This document shows, piece by piece, positions 17,612 to 25,701 of a DNA stretch of 41,600 nucleotides. The notes under the pieces are model-generated. The model was not told the origin of the DNA. It made no database searches and saw nothing but the letters and a program-made list of their open reading frames with translations. The first letter of the stretch is position 1. Every line of letters begins with the position of its first letter. Both the position numbers and the translations under genes were made by a program. The DNA is from Clostridiales bacterium (GTDB lineage Bacteria > Bacillota > Clostridia > Peptostreptococcales > Anaerovoracaceae). The stretch lies in contig WRFF01000001.1 in assembly GCA_009778945.1 (NCBI GenBank), positions 1-41,600 of the forward strand, given 5' to 3'.

Positions 17612-18529
17612 ATGGAAACCGAAAAAAGCAATCTGCAAAAGATGCTCGAAGCCGGGGAATTCGCGATCACGGCGGAAATCGGGCCGCCGATGAGCGCGGA
17701 CGGAGAGACCGTCCGTGAGAAGGCCCGGGAGCTGAAAGGGAACGTGGATGCCGTCAATGTGACGGACAACCAAACCTCAATCGTGCGCATGTCGTCTATC
17801 GGCGCGTCCTGTCTGGCGCAGTCGGAGGGCGTCGAGTGCGTCATGCAAATGGTCATGCGGGACAGAAACCGCATTGCGCTGCAAAGCGATCTTTTAGGCG
17901 CGTGGGCGATGGGGCTGAAAAATCTGCTTGTGCTGTCCGGCGACCATCAGTCGTTCGGGAACCATCCGGGCTCCAAAAATGTTTACGACGTGGATTCCAT
18001 CCAGTTCCTGCAGGCCGTCACGAACCTGCAGGAAAACGGCGTGTTCATCGGCGGCAGCAAATGCAAGGCCCCGCCGCATTTCTTCCTGGGCTCTACAACC
18101 AATCCTTTTGCGGACCCGGAGCCGCTCCAGTTGATCCGGCTTGAAAAAAAGATCAACGCCGGCGCGAAATTTATTCAGACGCAATGCGTGTACGACCTCG
18201 AACGGTTTGAACGCTTTATGGAAAAGGTACGCGAGCGCGGCTTGCACGAACGGGCTTATATAATGGCCGGTATCTTTGTGAACAAATCCCTGAAGTCGAT
18301 CCAGATGACCCAGCAGGTGGCGGGGATGAGCGTGCCCGACTCCTATGTGAAGAGATTCGAGGAGGCGGAGGACAAGCAGGCGGAGGGCGTTGAGATAGCC
18401 GTGGAGCTTGTGAAAAAGCTGCGGACTGTCAAAGGCATAAAAGGCATACATATCATGGCCGTCGGCTGGGAAGAAATCGTGTCTACGGTAATCCGGCAAG
18501 CGGGGTTTTTGCCGAGGCCGGTAGTATAG
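17612..18529 (+). CDS. metF: Methylenetetrahydrofolate reductase, catalytic subunit
   Basis: 305 aa from the ATG at 17612 (AGGAGG upstream). FAITAEIGPP...VNVTDNQ...LVLSGD...YDVDS motifs fit the MTHFR TIM barrel. Confidence 0.88.
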   Translation: METEKSNLQKMLEAGEFAITAEIGPPMSADGETVREKARELKGNVDAVNVTDNQTSIVRMSSIGASCLAQSEGVECVMQMVMRDRNRIALQSDLLGAWAMGLKNLLVLSGDHQSFGNHPGSKNVYDVDSIQFLQAVTNLQENGVFIGGSKCKAPPHFFLGSTTNPFADPEPLQLIRLEKKINAGAKFIQTQCVYDLERFERFMEKVRERGLHERAYIMAGIFVNKSLKSIQMTQQVAGMSVPDSYVKRFEEAEDKQAEGVEIAVELVKKLRTVKGIKGIHIMAVGWEEIVSTVIRQAGFLPRPVV

Positions 18530-18542
18530 GAAGGTGCGGAAA

Positions 18543-18923
18543 ATGAATGATTTTAAAAATGACGTAAGGAACACCCCCGGCGGCGCAAACGTACTGAACT
18601 GCTTTCTCTGCGGCTCCTGTACGGCGTGCTGCCCGGTCAATGAAATCGACGACGATTACAATCCGCGCAAAATCATGCGCATGGTCCTGTTGGATATGGA
18701 GGACGATGTGCTGAAGTCGGATGAAATCTGGAAATGCAACCAATGCCATGCGTGCGTCGCACACTGTCCGCAGGACGTGCGCTTTGCCGACATCGTGCGC
18801 GCGCTTCGGGAAATTTCCATCGAACGGGGCTTTCGTGACGAGGCCCTGCTTGCAAAAGTACGGGAATACGACGAAGAGCTGAAACGGCAAAGGCTTGAGA
18901 AAATCAAGGAGGAACTGGCGTGA
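18543..18923 (+). CDS. hdrC: HdrC-like 2x[4Fe-4S] protein (short form)
   Basis: 126 aa. CFLCGSCTACCP and CNQCHACVAHCP match the HdrC-type pattern. The ATG at 18543 has AGGAAGG upstream; an alternative GTG lies at 18534. Confidence 0.7.
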   Translation: MNDFKNDVRNTPGGANVLNCFLCGSCTACCPVNEIDDDYNPRKIMRMVLLDMEDDVLKSDEIWKCNQCHACVAHCPQDVRFADIVRALREISIERGFRDEALLAKVREYDEELKRQRLEKIKEELA

Positions 18924-21900
18924 AAAAACCGGTTATGGTAGTCGGCGGCGGGATCGCCGGAATCCAGGCCTCCCACAATCTGGCCGAGATGGGTGTCCCG
19001 GTATTTTTGGTGGAATCGTCCCCGTCCATCGGCGGCCGGATGGCGCAACTGGACAAGACTTTTCCCACGAACGATTGCTCGGCGTGCATCCTGGCGCCGA
19101 AAGTGACGGAGTGTTTCAATCATCCGCTGGTGAAGACGCTCTCTTACAGCGAGGTCGTCGAGATCAAGGGCGAGGCGCCCGATCTGACCGCGGTTATTCG
19201 CCGCAAACCGCGCTTTGTGGACGAAGCGGCGTGCACCGGGTGCAATGACTGTTTCGAGTCCTGCCCCGTGACGGTAAAATCCGAATTCGATATGGGGATG
19301 GGCGACCGCAAGGCTATCTATAAGCCGTTTGCGCAAGCCGTGCCGAACAAAGCCGTGATCGACAAGAAGGGCACGTCGCCGTGCAAATTCGATTGCCCCG
19401 CGTATATGGACGCGCACGCGTATGTCACGCTTGTGGGCGCCGAAAAGTATGAGGAAGCGCTTGGCGTGATACGGCGCACGACGCCGTTTGCGGGCGTGCT
19501 CGGGCGCGTATGCGTCCATCCGTGCGAGTCGAACTGTTCGCGCCGGTTTGTGGAAGAGCCTGTCTCTATCGCGTCGCTGAAAAGGTTTGTGTCCGACCAG
19601 GTAAAAGCGCAGGGCGGCCTGAGCCCGCTTGAGATCAAGGCGAAGCCGAAGGAAAAGAAAGCCGCCGTGATCGGCGCGGGCCCGTCGGGCCTGAACTGCG
19701 CGTACAAACTGGCGCAGGCCGGCTATGGCGTTACGGTATTTGAGGCGCTGCCCGTTCCCGGCGGCATGCTGAAAGTGGGCATCCCGGACTACCGGCTGGA
19801 TAAAGATATTTTGGCCGAAGAGATCCAATTGATCGAGGATATGGGCGTCGAGATCAAACTCGGGAAGGCGCTCGGGAAGGATTTCACGCTGGCGCAGCTC
19901 AGGGAGGAAGGATACGGTGCCGTGTATGTGGCGATCGGCGCGCACAAGGACCAGCGCCTCGGCATTCCCGGCGAGGACGCGGAAGGCGTGATCTCTTCGG
20001 TCGAGTTCCTCCGGGACGTCAATTTGGGCGGCAGAACGAAGCCCGGCCAAAAAGTGCTTGTGATCGGCGGCGGGGACGTCGCGATGGACGCGGCGCGCTC
20101 GGCGCTCCGGCTCGGGTGCGACGTGACGGTTGTCTACCGCCGCAGCCAGAGCGAGATGCCCGCGGCCGAACTGGAAATAGAACACGCCACGGACGAGGGC
20201 GTACAGTTTATGTATCTGACCGCACCGGCGGAAGTGATCGTAAAAGACGGCCGGCCGGCCGGTCTGAAATGTGTGAAAAACAAGCTCGGGGCGAAGGACG
20301 CGAGCGGCCGCAGAAGGCCTGTGCCGATAGAGGGATCGGAATTTACCCTCGACGCGGACTGCATTATCTACGCGGTCGGGCAGCGCGCGGAGCGGGAGAA
20401 ACTGCTCGAAGCGGGCCTTGATATTTTTAACGAAAAGGGCGCCATGGTTTGCGACCGCGCCACCGCGAAGACGAATATGGACGGTATTTTTGCGGGCGGC
20501 GACGGCAGCCGCGCCCCGACGACCGTGATCGAGGCCATTGCGGACGGCAACCGGGCCGCGAACGCGATTATCAATTATCTGGAAGGCTCGGAACTTCCGC
20601 TGGACCCGTTCGTCCTGCCGCAGACAAACATCGAGGAAGTCGATACGCGCAGTTTCAGCGCAAACGCGCGCGCGCGGATGCCTTTGATCGCTATGAAACG
20701 CCGCAGGACAACCTTTGACGAGGTGGAGGCCGGCTATACGAAAGAAGAGGCGGTGTATGAGGCGAAGCGGTGCGTCGACTGCTCGATTTGCTGCGAATGC
20801 CAGCTTTGCGTACAGGCCTGCAAGGCAAACGCCCTGTACCACGAGCAGCACGAAACGATCGTCGAGATCCCTGTCGCGTCGGTGGTCTTTTCGTCGGGCT
20901 ATGACGCGACGGCAGAAATACCAACAGGTTTCGGGTACGAGCGGTACCAAGACGTCGTGACAAGCCTGGAATATGAACGCATCCTGTCCGCGGGCGGGCC
21001 TTACACAGGCCATGTCCAGCGGCCCTCCGACGGCCGTCCGCCCGAGCGGATCGCGTTTATTCAGTGCGTCGGTTCCCGCGACGCTTCCTGCGGCAACGAT
21101 TATTGCTCGTCCGTATGCTGCATGTATGCGATCAAAGAGGCAATGATCACGAAGGAACACCTTACCACAGTCAAGGATATCGACATCTATTATATGGATA
21201 TGCGCGCGTTCGGTAAGGATTTTGATAAGTATATCGATTCGGCCAAGGAAAAATACCATATCGGGTTCATCCGCAGCCGCATCGGGGGCATTGAGGAAAA
21301 TCCGGAGAACGGGCGCCTCGCGCTGCGGTATGTCGCGGAGAACGGCAGGGGAATGTCGGCCGAGTACGATATGGTGGTGCTTTCCGTCGGGATGAAGCCG
21401 AACGCGGAAAATGTGAAACTTCTGTCCAGGATCGGCGTCAAGACCGATAAATACGGCTTTGTATGGTCGAACGAGTTCAATTCGCCTGTTACGAACAAGG
21501 AAGGGTTCTACGCGTGCGGCGTGGCCGCGGGCCCGAAAGATATCCCCGAAACGGTCATTGAGGCGAGCGCGGCCGCCGCCGCCGCGGCAAAGGACGCCGG
21601 GCTGCGCGAGATCGATTTATATGAGGATTACAGCGCGTTTTTCAAGGACGAACCGCTGCCTCCGATGCGCGACGTTTCAAAAGAACCGATCCGGATAGGC
21701 GTGTTCATCTGCCACTGCGGCGTAAACATCGCCGGGTATGTGGGCGTGGACGACGTTGCCGAATACGCGAAGGCACTGCCGTTTGTCGAGCATGTCGAAA
21801 CCAACCTCTATACCTGTTCGATCGATTCGCAGGCGGCGATCGCGGAGAAGATACAGGAATATAACCTGAACCGTGTCGTCGTCGCGTCGTGTACGCCGCG

Positions 21901-23383
21901 CACCCATGAACCGCTGTTTCATGGGATGATGAGAAGGGCCGGGCTCAATCCCTATCTTTTCACGATGGCCAATATACGCGATCAATGTTCCTGGGTCCAT
22001 ATGGACAACAACGAGATTGCGACCCATAAGGCGAAAGATCTGGTGCGCATGGCGGTCGGCAAGGTGACGTATGCAAAGCAGCTCACGCGCAAGAAGATTG
22101 ACGTGACTAAATCCGCACTCGTCATAGGCGGCGGCGCGGCCGGCCTGGCAGCGGCGCTGAGCGTTGCGGAGACGGGCTATCCCGCTTATCTGATCGAGCG
22201 TACGGATGCGCTCGGTGGGAACGCGGCCCGGGTCGCCACAAGCAATCTCGGCAGGCCCGTATCCCCTTACGTGCGGGAACTGATCGAAAAAGTCAGCAAC
22301 CATCCGCTGATCACCGTTTTCCTGAACACCACCGCGGAGTCTACGGAAGGCTTTGTGGGCAATTTCAAGACGGCGCTCAAAAGCGGCGATCTGACGCACG
22401 AGGTCGAACATGGCGTTGTCATCGTCGCGACCGGGGCAAACGAGCGGAAGCCGGACGAGTATCTGTACGGAAAAGATAAGCGCGTTATGACGATGCTGGA
22501 GTTTGAGAAATTTGCGGAAAACGGATTCGCGGACCTGAAAGCGAAAAAGGTCGTGATGATCCAGTGCGTCGGGTCCCGTGAGGGCGACCGCCCGTACTGC
22601 AGCCGCGTCTGCTGCAACCAGGCGGTGAAAAACGCGATCCTGCTGAAAGACCTGGATCCCGAAATTGAGGTGACGATCCTGTACCGCGAGATTCGGACAT
22701 ACGGGCTGAACGAGCTGAATTATGTCGAAGCCCGCAGGAAGGGCGTGCGGTTTGTGCTTTACGACGTGGAGCGGAAGCCGGTTGTGACGAAGGCCAAAGG
22801 TAGCCTGAAGGTGACGGTTTTCGAGCCGCGCCTCGGGAAAGAAATCGAGCTGGAGGCGGATCTGCTCGCGCTCAGCTCCGCCATCGTGGCCGACGCGGAA
22901 AACAACAAGCAAATCGCGCAGATGTTCAAAGTGCCGCTGAATCAGGAAAATTTCTTCCTCGAGGCGCACGTGAAACTCCGTCCGGTCGATTTTGCGACGG
23001 AAGGCGTGTATCTGTGCGGGCTGGCGCATTCGCCGAAGTCCATAAAGGAAAGCATTATACAGGGCCGCGCCGCGGCCGGCCGCGCGATGACGGTCATAGC
23101 CAAAGAGCAGCTTGAAACCGAAGGCATGATCGCGTTTGTCGATCCGAACCTCTGCGTCGCGTGCGGCGCGTGCGTGGAAGTCTGCGCCTATAACGCGGTC
23201 GAGATACAGGACGTACCCGTTCGCGGCGGCACGGTCAAACGCGCGGTGGTGAACGACGTCCTGTGCAAAGGCTGCGGAACGTGCTCGGCTACCTGCCGAT
23301 GCGGCGCGATCGACGTGAACGGATTCTTGGATAAACAGGTGCTCTCCGAGATCGAGTACCTGCTGCGCCGGAGCGCAATATGA
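18920..23383 (+). CDS. hdrA: Giant HdrL-type protein: HdrA module 1 interrupted by a GltD/NfnB-like NAD(P)H-FAD module (~19380-20585), then a complete HdrA module 2 (~21680-23383)
   Basis: 1487 aa. VMVVGGGIAGIQ...TFPTNDCSACILAPK (HdrA). CPAYMD...GRVCVHPCESNC...AAVIGAGPSG...VLVIGGGDVAMD...FAGGD (GltD-like). IAFIQCVGSRD...CSSVCC. Then IGVFICHCGVNIAGYV...ALVIGGGAAGL...MIQCVGSRE..YCSRVCC...CVACGACVEVC/CKGCGTCSATC. GTGA overlap with hdrC. Confidence 0.85.
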   Translation: MKKPVMVVGGGIAGIQASHNLAEMGVPVFLVESSPSIGGRMAQLDKTFPTNDCSACILAPKVTECFNHPLVKTLSYSEVVEIKGEAPDLTAVIRRKPRFVDEAACTGCNDCFESCPVTVKSEFDMGMGDRKAIYKPFAQAVPNKAVIDKKGTSPCKFDCPAYMDAHAYVTLVGAEKYEEALGVIRRTTPFAGVLGRVCVHPCESNCSRRFVEEPVSIASLKRFVSDQVKAQGGLSPLEIKAKPKEKKAAVIGAGPSGLNCAYKLAQAGYGVTVFEALPVPGGMLKVGIPDYRLDKDILAEEIQLIEDMGVEIKLGKALGKDFTLAQLREEGYGAVYVAIGAHKDQRLGIPGEDAEGVISSVEFLRDVNLGGRTKPGQKVLVIGGGDVAMDAARSALRLGCDVTVVYRRSQSEMPAAELEIEHATDEGVQFMYLTAPAEVIVKDGRPAGLKCVKNKLGAKDASGRRRPVPIEGSEFTLDADCIIYAVGQRAEREKLLEAGLDIFNEKGAMVCDRATAKTNMDGIFAGGDGSRAPTTVIEAIADGNRAANAIINYLEGSELPLDPFVLPQTNIEEVDTRSFSANARARMPLIAMKRRRTTFDEVEAGYTKEEAVYEAKRCVDCSICCECQLCVQACKANALYHEQHETIVEIPVASVVFSSGYDATAEIPTGFGYERYQDVVTSLEYERILSAGGPYTGHVQRPSDGRPPERIAFIQCVGSRDASCGNDYCSSVCCMYAIKEAMITKEHLTTVKDIDIYYMDMRAFGKDFDKYIDSAKEKYHIGFIRSRIGGIEENPENGRLALRYVAENGRGMSAEYDMVVLSVGMKPNAENVKLLSRIGVKTDKYGFVWSNEFNSPVTNKEGFYACGVAAGPKDIPETVIEASAAAAAAAKDAGLREIDLYEDYSAFFKDEPLPPMRDVSKEPIRIGVFICHCGVNIAGYVGVDDVAEYAKALPFVEHVETNLYTCSIDSQAAIAEKIQEYNLNRVVVASCTPRTHEPLFHGMMRRAGLNPYLFTMANIRDQCSWVHMDNNEIATHKAKDLVRMAVGKVTYAKQLTRKKIDVTKSALVIGGGAAGLAAALSVAETGYPAYLIERTDALGGNAARVATSNLGRPVSPYVRELIEKVSNHPLITVFLNTTAESTEGFVGNFKTALKSGDLTHEVEHGVVIVATGANERKPDEYLYGKDKRVMTMLEFEKFAENGFADLKAKKVVMIQCVGSREGDRPYCSRVCCNQAVKNAILLKDLDPEIEVTILYREIRTYGLNELNYVEARRKGVRFVLYDVERKPVVTKAKGSLKVTVFEPRLGKEIELEADLLALSSAIVADAENNKQIAQMFKVPLNQENFFLEAHVKLRPVDFATEGVYLCGLAHSPKSIKESIIQGRAAAGRAMTVIAKEQLETEGMIAFVDPNLCVACGACVEVCAYNAVEIQDVPVRGGTVKRAVVNDVLCKGCGTCSATCRCGAIDVNGFLDKQVLSEIEYLLRRSAI

Positions 23384-23871
23384 AAGGGGCGTCTTCCATG
23401 AAAGAAAACGAGAAGAAAACGCCGAACAAAGACTGGGACCCGGTCATCGTCGCCTTTTTGTGCACCTGGTGCTCGTACTCTGGGGCGGATCTTGCCGGAA
23501 CGAGCAGGTTGCAATACCCGCCGAATATCCGCATCATCCGCGTGCCGTGCTCGGGGCGCATCAATCCGCTCTATATTATAAAGGCGCTGACGGAAGGCGC
23601 GGACGGCGTCATGGTGTCGGGCTGCCATCCTGGCGACTGCCACTATTTGGCGGGCAATCTGTTTGCGCGCAGGCGTTTTGTCGTATTGAAAAAACTGCTT
23701 GAAACCTGCGGCCTGAATCCGGATCGCGTCCAGTTCACCTGGGTTTCGGCGTCGGAAGGCGGAAGGTTCGCGGAAGTGATCAAAGAGGTCACGGCCAATG
23801 TCAAAAAGATCGGCCCGAACAGGATTGTGCCGGGGTTCGCGGAAGACTGCAAGGAGGCGAGCGCCGAATGA
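23380..23871 (+). CDS. mvhD: MvhD/FlxD-like hydrogenase iron-sulfur subunit (FlpD family)
   Basis: 163 aa. VAFLCTWCSYSGADLAG...IRIIRVPCSGRINP...GADGVMVSGCHPGDCHY. ATGA overlap with the upstream gene. Confidence 0.85.
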   Translation: MKGASSMKENEKKTPNKDWDPVIVAFLCTWCSYSGADLAGTSRLQYPPNIRIIRVPCSGRINPLYIIKALTEGADGVMVSGCHPGDCHYLAGNLFARRRFVVLKKLLETCGLNPDRVQFTWVSASEGGRFAEVIKEVTANVKKIGPNRIVPGFAEDCKEASAE

Positions 23872-24725
23872 TTTATGAAGAGATGACAAAACAGATAAGG
23901 GAGGCCGCAAAAAGGCTTCTCAAAGAAGGCGCCGTCGACGTGATTTTGGCGTACCGGGGCGGAGGCCTGAACGAAATGCAAGTCCCGTTCTTCGTAAAGA
24001 AACCGGAGGACGCGGAGCTGATTGAATGGGGCGACCGCTGCTATCAGAACCTTGCGCCCTATGTACACGGGCTGAATAAAAAAGTCGGGATCCTGGCAAA
24101 ACCCTGCGACGTCCGCGCTATCGTGCAGTACATCACGGAATTTCAGATTGAACGCGACAAGGTAACGATTATCGGCGTGGACTGTATCGGCATGGTGGAT
24201 GAAAACGGAAACGCCCGGCCGGGCTGCAGCGAATGCCGCGTGCATAAACCGCCGGTTTACGACGAATACATCCGGGACGAACGGGCGGCGAACCTGCCGG
24301 CAATCGAACCGAAGGCCGGGGAAACGACGCTGGAAGAAAACCTGGAGCGTTTCCAGAAGGAGATTGACAAATGCATCCTGTGTTACTCCTGCCGCCAAGC
24401 CTGTTACGGCTGCTATTGTAAAACCTGCTTCATCGAGCGCGATATGCCGGATTGGCAGCCCGCGGAGATCGATACGGGTACGAAAATAACCTTTCACATG
24501 GGCCGCGCGATGCATCTCGCCGGGCGCTGCGTCGACTGCGGCGCGTGCGAGGCCGCATGCCAGTCGGGCGTCAATGTGCGGTATATCATCCGCGAAGTCA
24601 CGAAATTCATCGAGGACGCTTACGGATACAGCGCGGGAATGGATGCGGAGGAGCCGCCCGCATTGCTGACAAATAAATTTGACGACAAAGAGTTCGGTTT
24701 TTTGGGAGGTGAGCGACATGAGTGA
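23868..24725 (+). CDS. FlxB/FlxC-like iron-sulfur protein related to sulfhydrogenase beta / AsrA
   Basis: 285 aa. CILCYSCRQACYGCYCKTC plus CVDCGACEAACQSG have the same cluster layout as the next gene (CQSCGICTYVCPTCHC / CTGCGRCIRSCPAG). ATGA overlap. Confidence 0.5.
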   Translation: MIYEEMTKQIREAAKRLLKEGAVDVILAYRGGGLNEMQVPFFVKKPEDAELIEWGDRCYQNLAPYVHGLNKKVGILAKPCDVRAIVQYITEFQIERDKVTIIGVDCIGMVDENGNARPGCSECRVHKPPVYDEYIRDERAANLPAIEPKAGETTLEENLERFQKEIDKCILCYSCRQACYGCYCKTCFIERDMPDWQPAEIDTGTKITFHMGRAMHLAGRCVDCGACEAACQSGVNVRYIIREVTKFIEDAYGYSAGMDAEEPPALLTNKFDDKEFGFLGGERHE

Positions 24726-25701
24726 AGCCGCGATCAAGCTGACAAAGGGCGAACTCGAAAAAATGCTGGCCGCTTTGATGCGCGACAGAACGGTATTCGC
24801 TCCGGGGTCGACCGGCGCGAAGCTGGAATATCTGCCCGTGGATGACGTCTCCGACATCGTGTTCGGTGACGAGCTTCCCTACAAATCCCCCAAGGATGTT
24901 TTTTTCCCGAGGTGCGAAAAGATCGTCACGTTCTCGGAGAACGGGGCGGAGGCCGAACTGCCGGAAACGCAGACGGTTCTGTTCGGCGCGCGCCCTTGCG
25001 ACCTGGAAGCGCTCGATATGCTGAAGACGATCCTCACGCAGGGCAAGTTCAAAGACCCGTTTTTCGCGGCGCGCTATGAGAACGCGCTGATCATCGGGCT
25101 GGCCTGCGCGGAGAAAAAACCGGGGTGCTTCTGCGACCAGCGCGAGACCGATCTGGACTACAGTGAAAAATGTGATCTGTTTTTGAGGGCGGACGGCGAC
25201 AAATTTGAAGTGCTGTACGTTTCCGATAAGGGAAAAAAAGCGCTGGGCGCGCATATCCCGGGGCTGGAACAGTTCAAAAATACCCCGAGGGAATTCCGGC
25301 CTGCGGAGACGCTTTCTTTGGACGCGGCCGAAGATGACCTGTTTACCAAAATCGACTGGGAAGAAATCACGGAGACCTGTCAGAGCTGCGGTATCTGCAC
25401 CTATGTCTGTCCGACCTGTCACTGCTTCATGTTTAAAGACGTGGAGGAGGACGATAAGGCATATCGGTACAGAAACTGGGATAGCTGCATGTTCCCGAAA
25501 TTTACGCTTCACGCTTCCGGGCACAATCCGAGGGCGGCGAAACGCGAACGCTATCGCCAGCGCGTTGCGCACAAATACGTGTATATCAAGGAAAACTTCG
25601 GCATGACCGCCTGTACCGGCTGCGGCAGATGTATCCGGAGCTGCCCCGCCGGCATGAGCATCAAAACGGTGGTCGAAGGGATCCGGGAGGAGCTTCAATG
25701 A
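24718..25701 (+). CDS. AsrA / sulfhydrogenase-beta / FlxB-like 2x[4Fe-4S] protein
   Basis: 327 aa from the ATG at 24718 (GGAGGTG upstream; 8-nt overlap with the upstream gene). CQSCGICTYVCPTCHCF...NWDSCMF...RYRQRVAHKY...CTGCGRCIRSCP. Confidence 0.7.
   Translation: MSEAAIKLTKGELEKMLAALMRDRTVFAPGSTGAKLEYLPVDDVSDIVFGDELPYKSPKDVFFPRCEKIVTFSENGAEAELPETQTVLFGARPCDLEALDMLKTILTQGKFKDPFFAARYENALIIGLACAEKKPGCFCDQRETDLDYSEKCDLFLRADGDKFEVLYVSDKGKKALGAHIPGLEQFKNTPREFRPAETLSLDAAEDDLFTKIDWEEITETCQSCGICTYVCPTCHCFMFKDVEEDDKAYRYRNWDSCMFPKFTLHASGHNPRAAKRERYRQRVAHKYVYIKENFGMTACTGCGRCIRSCPAGMSIKTVVEGIREELQ

Noticed and set aside
18656-21259. Very long antisense ORFs. Examples are 867 aa at 18656-21259 (-), 406 aa at 1653-2873 (-), 479 aa at 15461-16900 (-), 454 aa at 27607-28971 (-), 719 aa at 36104-38263 (+) and 450 aa at 21677-23029 (-).
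   Set aside because: They lie opposite genes with unmistakable family signatures. Their translations are R/H/P/A/F-rich low complexity with no motifs. Long antisense frames of this kind are expected in GC-rich coding DNA.
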